Shown here piece after piece: positions 18,150 through 26,292 of a stretch of 32,000 nucleotides of DNA. The stretch comes from Candidatus Electronema aureum. GTDB lineage: Bacteria > Desulfobacterota > Desulfobulbia > Desulfobulbales > Desulfobulbaceae. The stretch covers positions 28,455 through 60,454 of the forward strand of contig NQJD01000011.1 in NCBI GenBank assembly GCA_004284765.1. The letters are read 5' to 3'. The translations under genes were made by a program, and so were the position numbers. How positions within the stretch are numbered: position 1 is the stretch's first letter; every line of letters begins with the position of its first letter. The notes below the pieces were generated by a model. That model was given only the letters and a program-made list of their open reading frames with translations. It was not told the origin of the DNA and searched no databases.

Positions 18150-19232
18150 TTAAATCCACTTTTTTCTTTTGAAATAAACAAATAGGCCAAGGCTAATAGC
18201 CAGCATGAGAGACCAGATCATGCAATAGCCATAATGCCATTTCAACTCTGGCATATATTCAAAGTTCATCCCATACACGCCAACAATAAAAGTCAAGGGA
18301 ATGAAAATTGTAGATATAATGGTGAGCATTTTCATGATTTCATTCATGCGATTACTGATACTGGACAGATAGGTATCGTGCATTCCGCCAAGAATATCTC
18401 TACATGTTTCTGCCATATCAATAATTTGGATCGTATGGTCGTATAGATCACGCCAGAAAACTTTTGTTTCTGCCTGAAGCAGAATTGAATCACTTTTTGC
18501 AATGATGCCGACCTCTTCGCGAAATGGCCATATAGCTTTACGAAGATGCAAAATATCTCGTTTAAGTTGATGAATTTCTCTTATGTCTTCTGGTCTTGGT
18601 TCAGCAAGTATCTGTTCGTCGATATCTTCAATGCGATCACCAATACGTTCAACGGTCAAAAAATAATGATCAACCACAGCATCCATGAGAGAATAGGCGA
18701 GGTAGTCGGCTTTCAGTAGGCGAATGCGGCTTGTGGCGGCCCGAATGTGATTCCGAACGGTATCAAAAAGATCACCTTCATCCTCGATGAAGGAAATGAC
18801 ATAATTTTTTCCAAGAATCATACTAACATGTTCAATGACAAGATTGTTAGCTCCATCATAGGACATCATTTTGAGAACGATAAACAGATAATGTGAAAAT
18901 TCTTCAACTTTTGGCCTCTGCGTGGTGTTGACAATATCTTCCAGTGTCATCGGATGAAGATCAAAACATTTTCCCAACAATTCAATCTGATTAATATCAT
19001 GAATGCCGTTGACATTCATCCACGTTATTCCAGGTACTTTGGAAAAAACAAGACATTGATCCACCGTAATATCACGTAATTCATTCAGCTCAGTTTCACT
19101 ATAATGGATGATATCAATACTGGCCTTATCTTGTTTTTTTTCCCCGATAAAAAGCATTGTCCCCGGTGCCATGCCGGTTTTAATGCCGGCCCCGATAGGC
19201 TTTCTTTTCTTTTTCTTTATAGATCGTGACAT
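18150..19232 (-). CDS. corA: CorA-family magnesium/cobalt transporter
   Basis: 360 aa with the YGMNF (GMN) signature before the last of two C-terminal TM helices. The cytoplasmic N-terminal domain is of typical length. Confidence 0.93.
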   Translation of the reverse strand: MSRSIKKKKRKPIGAGIKTGMAPGTMLFIGEKKQDKASIDIIHYSETELNELRDITVDQCLVFSKVPGITWMNVNGIHDINQIELLGKCFDLHPMTLEDIVNTTQRPKVEEFSHYLFIVLKMMSYDGANNLVIEHVSMILGKNYVISFIEDEGDLFDTVRNHIRAATSRIRLLKADYLAYSLMDAVVDHYFLTVERIGDRIEDIDEQILAEPRPEDIREIHQLKRDILHLRKAIWPFREEVGIIAKSDSILLQAETKVFWRDLYDHTIQIIDMAETCRDILGGMHDTYLSSISNRMNEIMKMLTIISTIFIPLTFIVGVYGMNFEYMPELKWHYGYCMIWSLMLAISLGLFVYFKRKKWI

Positions 19233-19298
19233 TGCAAGGCCTCGTTGTTTGATTCATCCTTGCCTGCATGTTAAAACACGGTCAGGATAATCAGATTG

Positions 19299-21074
19299 TT
19301 ATTTCTCGTTAAAGCCCCAGTACGGATAATCGAGCTGATATGAGGCAACTAAGCCCGGACTGTGTTCGCGGCTGGCCACTAACCAAAGATCGTTACACCG
19401 CAGCTCGGCAGGTTCTCGGTTAAACGGGTCCCACTGCGGCAGCAGCACCATTGCATTGTCGGCAGAGTATTCGATATCACCGGAACCCTTGAAGGCACCA
19501 AGCTGCGGCTGTTGATCGTATTGGCCATCCTCGCGGCGAGTTAGCTCTGAAATCACCAAAAAAGAGGCATTGAACAAATCACGGAGTGACTCTAACTGTC
19601 GCAGCCAAGCATCAATGCCAGTACGCCGTTCAGCAAAATCTTTAAATGGCAGTTTATGTAAGCTGTCAATTACCACCATGATGCAGTCGGCGTTGGTCTG
19701 ATGACGGAGAAAATCGATGTGGCTGCGCATGAGTTCTGGACTTAATTTGCGGTCTGTGACCACCCAGAACCAAGGCAGAAGTCGCTGAAGTTCTACCTTA
19801 CCCGCCTGTAACCTCGCACGTTCCTCTTCGTTCAGTTCGCCAATTTTGATTTGCTCGACAGACAGCCTGCTCAGACGACAGAGAATGCGTTGATAAATCT
19901 TCTGTCTGCCGTTCTCAAAATCATAATAAATCACTGGAATTTTGCGCCGGGCCATCTCGCTGGCAATCTGGATGAAAAAGCAAGACTTACCCGCCTTAGG
20001 CAAGCCACCCATGATGTTGATTCCGTGCATTCCTCCCAATGCCGTATCTAATTTGGCAAAACCGGAGCGCATGGCCGCATGGCTTTCGCCGCTTTCTAAC
20101 TTGAGCTGCTCCTCAAATTGGAGAAATTCCCGTTCTGGCGAGCTGAAGGGCGAAAAGGACTTTGCTTCACGGATCAAGCGAAAGACCGCCTTCTGGAAAT
20201 CGTTGCCCAGCTCGGCGGCCATTTTAGTCAGGCAATACTGCTTAGGCGCGGAATCCGGCCAGCGAATCATTCTGACTTTGAAGCCTAATCGTCCGGCAAA
20301 ATCCCGCGCTGCGGTTTCTGATTCTGGGTTCTTGCTGACACAAACGAAGAGCGTTTTAATCCAAGCCAACCGCTCTGATTCCAGATTGACGAAATCCGCT
20401 GCTGATACCAAAGCGATACTGGGTAGGCCGAGCTGTTTCAAGGTGAGTAGGTTGTCCTCACCCTCAACGACGATCAAACTGCCATTTTCGCAGCGCATGA
20501 TCTCTTGGAGATTGAAAATACGAAAGCTGGGCGCGGAGAATTCCTCGTTACCGTGCCAAAATGTATCATCAGGCTGATAAGGATGGACACAGTGGGCGGC
20601 GTAGCAGTTACCGTCTTCTTGGAAATAGGGATAGACCAAGTAGCGGCCATTGAAGCCAATTCGCATTTCTTCCAGCACCGCCTTGGAAATACCCATTGCG
20701 GCAAAGCGAATGATTAAATCAGCGGTCAGCTTGTCGTGAAAACTGATAATTTCATTGTTGATGTTTTTAGTTGGATAATTGATCTTGGCGATGGCGTAGT
20801 CGCGATCTGGGTCGAAACCGGGCGCGAGACTCAGGCTGAGGCGAGACTGTCGAGCGAAATGGAGAGGAAAGCCGCCGGGTGTGCAGCGGTGCAAACACCG
20901 GTAATAGCCATAAAAATGACTTTCTGGGTTGGCGAATACCACCAGCAGCCGTTTCACGCCGCCCTTGCCTTGCTCGTGGCAGAAAGGACATTCCGCTATC
21001 AGGAAGCTATTTTTTAGCACTGCGCCGGGCAGATGCATGCTGTAGAAGGCAAGAATGGGATCAATGCGGCTCAT
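19299..21074 (-). CDS. Zinc-finger / Toprim-like / DnaB-C (SF4) helicase fusion, T7 gp4-like primase-helicase architecture
   Basis: 591 aa. The N-terminal Cys/His cluster is CPFCHEQG...YYRCLHRC. A central VVEGEDN resembles the Toprim glutamate motif, but I see no clear DxD. The C-terminal RecA-like core has Walker A GGLPKAGKS, Walker B VVIDSLHKL and FKGSGDIEYSADNAMVL, which parallels gp4 LRGSGALRQLSD. Confidence 0.72.
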   Translation of the reverse strand: MSRIDPILAFYSMHLPGAVLKNSFLIAECPFCHEQGKGGVKRLLVVFANPESHFYGYYRCLHRCTPGGFPLHFARQSRLSLSLAPGFDPDRDYAIAKINYPTKNINNEIISFHDKLTADLIIRFAAMGISKAVLEEMRIGFNGRYLVYPYFQEDGNCYAAHCVHPYQPDDTFWHGNEEFSAPSFRIFNLQEIMRCENGSLIVVEGEDNLLTLKQLGLPSIALVSAADFVNLESERLAWIKTLFVCVSKNPESETAARDFAGRLGFKVRMIRWPDSAPKQYCLTKMAAELGNDFQKAVFRLIREAKSFSPFSSPEREFLQFEEQLKLESGESHAAMRSGFAKLDTALGGMHGINIMGGLPKAGKSCFFIQIASEMARRKIPVIYYDFENGRQKIYQRILCRLSRLSVEQIKIGELNEEERARLQAGKVELQRLLPWFWVVTDRKLSPELMRSHIDFLRHQTNADCIMVVIDSLHKLPFKDFAERRTGIDAWLRQLESLRDLFNASFLVISELTRREDGQYDQQPQLGAFKGSGDIEYSADNAMVLLPQWDPFNREPAELRCNDLWLVASREHSPGLVASYQLDYPYWGFNEK

Positions 21075-21092
21075 ACAGCTCCTCAGCGACAG

Positions 21093-21986
21093 TCAGGCTT
21101 TTCGGAGAAGGTGATCCAAGGCAGTCGCTAAATCTGGCTCGCGGAAGACATAGCCTGATGCAAGTAGCCTGCTTGGTGTTACCTTTGTGCTCGCGAACAG
21201 CAACTCGCGGCCCATCTCGCCCAAAAGCAGTTCAAGTAGGAAGCGGGGCGCGGGTAAAAGAGCCGGGCGACAAAGTACCTTGCTCAAGGCTTTGGTGAAT
21301 TCTTGATTCGTAGCTGGGCAAGGAAAAACCGCGTTGACCGGGCCGTGTAGTTCCTCATGCTGGAGGATATGTGTGATGATATGCGGGATTTCATCACGAC
21401 TAATCCAGCTCATCCACTGTTTGCCGCTGCCCATTACTCCGCCTAAACCCAGCTTGAAAGGTGGCAACATTTTTGCCAAGGCTCCGCCTTCTGTGCTGAG
21501 AACAATGCCAAAGCGGAGGCTAACTACTCGAATGCCCGCAGCTCTCGCAGGCTGCGCCGCTGCTTCCCACTCCTGAGCCACTTGGGCGAGAAAGCCTGTG
21601 CCGATACTGCTGGCTTCGGTCAGTTCTTCGTCGCCACGGTCGCCGTAGATGCCCACTGCCGAGGCCGAGATGATCACGTTAGGCTTATAATCAGTCTGGG
21701 CAAAAAACTGAGCGAGCAGACGGGTGCCGTCAACGCGGCTTTGCCGGATGCGCTCCTTGCGGGCCACAGTCCAGCGGTTATCCGCGATGTTTTCTCCAGC
21801 CAGATTAATGACTGCGTCAACCTGCTTGCTTGGCCCCAGCTCAATGATTTGCCGGTCTATATCCCAGAACGGCGCGGTGTGCGTAGTGTCACGGCGCAGG
21901 GCAAGCACCTGATGGCCTTGGCTGGATAGTGACTGCATCAACGCCCGGCCTACTAAGCCAGATGCGCCGGAGATGAGGATGTTCAT
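21093..21986 (-). CDS. yfcH: TIGR01777/YfcH-family SDR epimerase-like protein (with DUF1731-type C-terminus)
   Basis: 297 aa. It starts MNILISGASGLVGRAL and has GSGKQWMSWISRDE and a C-terminal ...LLASGYVFREPDL typical of YfcH. The GGAGA RBS sits in the 12-nt gap after the upstream gene's stop. Confidence 0.88.
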   Translation of the reverse strand: MNILISGASGLVGRALMQSLSSQGHQVLALRRDTTHTAPFWDIDRQIIELGPSKQVDAVINLAGENIADNRWTVARKERIRQSRVDGTRLLAQFFAQTDYKPNVIISASAVGIYGDRGDEELTEASSIGTGFLAQVAQEWEAAAQPARAAGIRVVSLRFGIVLSTEGGALAKMLPPFKLGLGGVMGSGKQWMSWISRDEIPHIITHILQHEELHGPVNAVFPCPATNQEFTKALSKVLCRPALLPAPRFLLELLLGEMGRELLFASTKVTPSRLLASGYVFREPDLATALDHLLRKA

Positions 21987-21998
21987 GTTGTCTCCAAT

Positions 21999-23144
21999 TC
22001 AGCAGCACTCGTCATCTTCTTTTATTTTTACATCGCTAACAGCTTCTAATGACCACGTACTACCTTTTCGTTCTAGTAAACCTATCGCTTCAATATTTTT
22101 TCCATATTTGTGTGCTTCAATTGCGAGAAGATATTGATTTACACCAAGTTCAATCTTTACATTAATATTTCCATATTCACCATGCTTATATCTTATAGTG
22201 ATTACCCTTTTCCCGTCATCTCTTGTCGGATTGTCGCTATGCAAATTTACAACAATTCCACAAATTATCGCTTGCTCAGGTGAAATTTCTTTTAATTTTT
22301 CAGCGGCATACTTCAGATATGAAATTTCATTCTCTCCAACGGATACAGAACTGAAATTCTGTATATCTTGACTTGGCATTAAACTGGTAGCCCATTGAAC
22401 AGATAATTTGAATGGAGATTCCAACCTTTCTCCCATTTCAACTATAGCTTCACACATCCTAGAATTAAAACCAGTCCTGTAGTTTTTAATAATAATATCA
22501 TGATTTTTATTTAATATAGCGTCACTCATGAAACAAACTCCTCTAATTATTCTTTCTATAACTCTTCTCTCGATAGGAGCTTGAAACATATCTTTTTGCT
22601 CAAATTCTAAATTACCATAAACAGGTGATTCGATAGAAAAACCAAAACTTCCACGAAACGTGTGGCCAAATCTAATCTTTTCGACAATATTGTCTCCGAC
22701 AGGTAACGCTCTTGCATAGTGAGGTAAGTTACTTTTTTCTGAGCAAGCACTGTATATAAAAAGATTGCTAATTCCGAAAATTTCTTTTCCCGCGATCTTT
22801 AGTGGGATGCTGGCTGGAAAATTATCTTTCTGGTTGATTGCAATCAAAAGTTTATCCCTATTTAATCCATTTATAGCCCTGAAAAGTTCATCTGGTTCTA
22901 TACTGTAGAAACTTGACAAAAATAAAAAGACATCGTAGATTCTTTTGAGAGAATCATCGAAATCGAGAGAAACAGGAAGAAATATTTTTAGAGGAACCCC
23001 AGAGTCATTTTCTGGCCCTTTAAGCAAAATTAGTTTGTTATTAGGTAGTGATGATTCTTTCCATCCCTTCAGTTTCATATATGACCTTATATCATATAAG
23101 GATATTTCTCGCGCAATATCTTGCTGGAAATTTTTATATGTCAT
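21999..23144 (-). CDS. Hypothetical 381 aa protein with no recognisable domain, in the AT-rich cassette
   Basis: A long uninterrupted ORF in very AT-rich DNA, where random ORFs of this length are unlikely. AGGAGA lies 7 nt upstream of the ATG. The start overlaps the stop of the upstream DUF4365-like ORF (ATGA). I see no catalytic or nucleotide-binding motif. Confidence 0.75.
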   Translation of the reverse strand: MTYKNFQQDIAREISLYDIRSYMKLKGWKESSLPNNKLILLKGPENDSGVPLKIFLPVSLDFDDSLKRIYDVFLFLSSFYSIEPDELFRAINGLNRDKLLIAINQKDNFPASIPLKIAGKEIFGISNLFIYSACSEKSNLPHYARALPVGDNIVEKIRFGHTFRGSFGFSIESPVYGNLEFEQKDMFQAPIERRVIERIIRGVCFMSDAILNKNHDIIIKNYRTGFNSRMCEAIVEMGERLESPFKLSVQWATSLMPSQDIQNFSSVSVGENEISYLKYAAEKLKEISPEQAIICGIVVNLHSDNPTRDDGKRVITIRYKHGEYGNINVKIELGVNQYLLAIEAHKYGKNIEAIGLLERKGSTWSLEAVSDVKIKEDDECC

Positions 23145-23655
23145 GATATTTCTCCTGAACTTATTCTTTCCATCAACGACTGAACTGCACTCGGAGTAAG
23201 AAGCTGACTTTTAGGAATGCGCACTCTTTTTGTAGAACTGTTCTCTGTTGGCTCTCCATTTACTGAATAATAGTAGCAGCACTTCTTGATAATCAATTGT
23301 TGTTCAGATACTTGTATCCATTCATTTTTATCTCTAGGGAGGCACATGACAACCAAGAGGCAAGGTATTGATGACTTTTCCTTGCGATATAGCAGTTTAT
23401 TGTAATACTCTGCATCTAAATCATAAGAAATAAAATTATTATCTTCAGTCCAGTTTATTGTTGCCTTGAGCTGACAATCAAAACTTGGCCCCATATCCAT
23501 CCGTTGTTTTTTAAAAATATCTACTCGACGAATAGAATAGTAACATCAACCCCGTAATCATGCTTTATGATATCATATGTTGCGCCAGCGCAAGATACTA
23601 CGGCAGTGACATAAGAAACACTCAGATTCTCTTCAATCGCTTGAGATGGAATCAT
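23141..23655 (-). pseudogene. DUF4365-type (PD-(D/E)xK restriction-endonuclease-like) gene, frame-disrupted
   Basis: Track ORF 23141..23500 encodes ...FDCQLKAT...IPCLLVVMCLPRDKNEWIQVSEQQLIIKKCCYY, the DUF4365 core and C-terminal pattern. I translated a 44-codon ORF by hand (23655..23521, different frame): MIPSQAIEENLSVSYVTAVVSCAGATYDIIKHDYGVDVTILFVE*. That matches the DUF4365 N-terminus. The frames join if one copy of the tandem AATAG/AATAG at 23531-23540 is removed. Confidence 0.7.
23531..23540. repeat. 5-bp tandem duplication (AATAG x2; CTATT x2 on the coding strand) at the frameshift point
   Basis: Read directly from the sequence. Deleting one unit gives the continuous reading ...HDYGVDVTIRRVDIFKKQRMDMGPSFDCQLKAT... 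Confidence 0.8.
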
Positions 23656-23734
23656 TATTAGCGCAATAGCTATCAGGAAATTTAAACTGTTGTTTTAGAT
23701 GCAGATGTAGCATCGTTAGTATAGAAAAATAACG

Positions 23735-23787
23735 GCTTTTACTTCCAGAAAATTATCACTTATAACAAATTTACTGGAAGTAAAAGC
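23735..23787 (-). terminator. Hairpin terminator candidate after the sugar dehydrogenase gene
   Basis: A perfect 14-bp stem, GCTTTTACTTCCAG (23735-23748) with CTGGAAGTAAAAGC (23774-23787), encloses a 25-nt loop. On the minus strand it is followed by CGTTATTTTTC. It begins 5 nt after the stop at 23792. Confidence 0.55.
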
Positions 23788-23791
23788 ACCC

Positions 23792-25069
23792 TCACAAACT
23801 TCCATCTGCCAAGCCCTTTGCCAGCAGATGCTTAACGTCATAGATCACTGCTTGGGGGCGGCATATTCGCGCCAGCTCTGCCCGGCCCAGATTGGTAAAC
23901 TCCCGGTGCGCCACTGCCAGCACTACCGCATCATACCGCTGCTCAGGAAGCTCGTTGATCATGGTTACGCCGTACAGCCGTTCTGCCTCGCCTGGCGCGG
24001 CCCACGGGTCATGAACCTCAATGGTTGCACCGTACGTAATCAGCTCGTCAATAATGTCTGTCACCCGCGTGTTACGCAAGTCTGGGCAGTTCTCCTTAAA
24101 GGTCAAACCAAGAATGAGAATCTTAGCATCTGCTACCTGGATACGCTTCCTCAGCATCAGCTTTACCACTTCTGAGGCAATATAGCGGCCCATGTTATCG
24201 TTCAGCCGCCGCCCAGCCAAGATTACCTCAGGATGGTAGCCAACCTGCTGCGCTTTATGGGTCAAATAGTAGGGGTCAACGCCAATGCAGTGGCCGCCAA
24301 CTAAGCCGGGCCGAAAGGGCAGAAAATTCCACTTGGTACCTGCGGCCTTGAGGACTTCCAACGTGTCGATGCCGAGGCGGTTGAAGATCAGAGCCAGCTC
24401 GTTGATCAAGGCGATGTTGACATCGCGCTGGGTGTTCTCGATCACCTTGGCCGCCTCAGCTACCTTGATACTGCTGGCCTTAAAGGTGCCTGCGGTAATG
24501 ATCAGGCCGTAGAGCTGATCGACAAATTCGGCAATCTCCGGCGTGGAGCCTGAAGTTACCTTGATAATGGTCGGCAGGCGGTGTTCATGGTCGCCTGGAT
24601 TAATGCGCTCCGGGCTGTAACCAGCAAAGAAGTCTTGGTTGAAGGTCAGGCCGGAAACCTGCTCTAAGATTGGGATGCAGATTTCCTCGGTCGCACCAGG
24701 ATAAACGGTGGATTCATAAATAACCACATCGCCCGGTTTCAACACCTGCCCGACTGTGCGTGAAGCACCTTCTAATGGGCTGAAATCAGGCCGTTTGCTG
24801 TTGTCAACCGGCGTGGGTACAGCGACGATGAAGACATTGCAGGAGCGCAGCTCATCGATGCTGCTGGTGAACTGAAGCTGCCGGGCTGCGGTGAGTTCTT
24901 CTGTGCTGACCTCAAGGGTTGTGTCGATGCCCTGGCCTAGCTCGGCGATGCGCTGGGCCTTGAGATCAAAGCCAGTACAAGGCAGTTTCTTGCTGAATTC
25001 TACCGCCAGTGGCAGGCCGACATAGCCGAGGCCGATGACAGCTAATCGCGTTGATGACAGATCGGGCAT
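23792..25069 (-). CDS. Nucleotide-sugar dehydrogenase, TviB/WbpO-like (UDP-GlcNAc/GalNAc 6-dehydrogenase family)
   Basis: [21 protein letters not shown]...GFD is close to the TviB/WbpO N-terminus, and the catalytic [11 protein letters not shown] is present. The start at 25069 (MPDLSS) with a GGAGAA RBS is preferred over the track start at 25117. Confidence 0.88.
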   Translation of the reverse strand: MPDLSSTRLAVIGLGYVGLPLAVEFSKKLPCTGFDLKAQRIAELGQGIDTTLEVSTEELTAARQLQFTSSIDELRSCNVFIVAVPTPVDNSKRPDFSPLEGASRTVGQVLKPGDVVIYESTVYPGATEEICIPILEQVSGLTFNQDFFAGYSPERINPGDHEHRLPTIIKVTSGSTPEIAEFVDQLYGLIITAGTFKASSIKVAEAAKVIENTQRDVNIALINELALIFNRLGIDTLEVLKAAGTKWNFLPFRPGLVGGHCIGVDPYYLTHKAQQVGYHPEVILAGRRLNDNMGRYIASEVVKLMLRKRIQVADAKILILGLTFKENCPDLRNTRVTDIIDELITYGATIEVHDPWAAPGEAERLYGVTMINELPEQRYDAVVLAVAHREFTNLGRAELARICRPQAVIYDVKHLLAKGLADGSL

Positions 25070-25212
25070 GGTGCTTCTCCGTTTGTGAACTGGTAGTGGC
25101 GAGAGGAAACGCAACAATACAACCTCGGATAAATCATGACACGTTCAGGAAAGAGATGGTGTAGCATGATCGCTGAAATCATGCCTGCATGATTCTTCCT
25201 GACAAGCAGCGC

Positions 25213-25881
25213 TCACACGCCCCGATTCAGGCGAGGCCAAATCTGAGTATGGAGCTGCAATTGCAGGCGCACTGGTAGCTGTTCCGGCAAGATCATTGCT
25301 GCTAGCCGCGCCGGAGATAACTTGTTCATCACCGGCGAGAACAGCACAGGCGCAAGCTGCGTTAAGCACTGCTCGCGGACAATCTGCACTGCCCAAGTCA
25401 CATCCTTTTCAGAGCTAAGAACAAACTTGATCTCATCGGTACTGCCAACGGCCTTGCGGTGCTGGAGGAGCGCGAGATTCCCCCAATCGTTCTTCTCTAT
25501 CATACCAGAATCCGGGCATTTGATGTCTAAGATCACCCCGACCGCTGCTGGCACCCGCGCAATACTAAGGCTGCCGCTGGTTTCCAGCAACACGGCGCGG
25601 CCCTGCGCCAGTAGCTCCTGCATGAGCGGATAGACCGCCTCGTGCAGCAGCGGCTCACCGCCCGTGATTTCCACCAACACGCCAGGATATTGCGCCAGCC
25701 AAGCGCAGACTTCAGCCACGCTCATCCGCCTGCCTTCTTCATCCCAAGTATAGCTGGAATCGCAGTAGGTGCAGCGCAAATTGCAGCCGCAAAGCCGGAC
25801 AAAAGCACAGGGCAGGCCAGTGCGGGTGGATTCACCTTGAATCGAGTAAAACAGCTCGGAAATGTGCAGCGTGTCGGTCAT
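25213..25881 (-). CDS. queE: 7-carboxy-7-deazaguanine synthase (radical SAM)
   Basis: 222 aa with ELFYSIQGES and the radical-SAM cluster CGCNLRCTYCDS. It overlaps the queD stop by 4 nt (ATGA). Confidence 0.92.
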   Translation of the reverse strand: MTDTLHISELFYSIQGESTRTGLPCAFVRLCGCNLRCTYCDSSYTWDEEGRRMSVAEVCAWLAQYPGVLVEITGGEPLLHEAVYPLMQELLAQGRAVLLETSGSLSIARVPAAVGVILDIKCPDSGMIEKNDWGNLALLQHRKAVGSTDEIKFVLSSEKDVTWAVQIVREQCLTQLAPVLFSPVMNKLSPARLAAMILPEQLPVRLQLQLHTQIWPRLNRGV

Positions 25882-26249
25882 TGGCCGTAGTAAATCACGC
25901 CGCTGGAGTCGGTCTCGCGCACTTCTATCGAATAAAGCTGATACCGCGCTGTGGTCAGCGTCTCGTGTAGCTGCTGAAAGAGAAACTGGGCAATATGCTC
26001 GGACGAGGGATTGCGGTCTTGAAAGGCAGGATGCTCGTTCAGGTCGTGGTGATCGAGCGCATCTACCACTGCATTGACCTGCTGCTTCAGCACCTTGAAA
26101 TCAACGCCCATGCCAAGCTGGTCGAGCTGCTGAGTACGGACAGTGACTTTGACCTTCCAGTTATGGCCGTGCGGCCTTTCGCAGTTACCGGGGTACTCGC
26201 GCAGATGATGGCCACCGGAGAAGTGGGTCTTGATGAAGATATCAAACAT
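25878..26249 (-). CDS. queD: 6-carboxy-5,6,7,8-tetrahydropterin synthase
   Basis: 123 aa. FSGGHHLREYPGNCERPHGHNW is the typical PTPS/QueD zinc and active-site pattern. Confidence 0.92.
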   Translation of the reverse strand: MFDIFIKTHFSGGHHLREYPGNCERPHGHNWKVKVTVRTQQLDQLGMGVDFKVLKQQVNAVVDALDHHDLNEHPAFQDRNPSSEHIAQFLFQQLHETLTTARYQLYSIEVRETDSSGVIYYGQ

Positions 26250-26292
26250 GCTTTATCCTTTTTGCAGAGGTTATTTTTTGCAGTTGCCTGAG

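Noticed and set aside
23508-23519. A T5A6 homopolymer run (ATTTTTAAAAAAC on the coding strand) just upstream of the 119 aa ORF looked like a programmed-frameshift slippery site for the split DUF4365 gene.
   Set aside because: The upstream frame already ends at the TAG at 23523-23521, before the run. The frame switch must therefore occur within 23524-23545, where the CTATT duplication lies.
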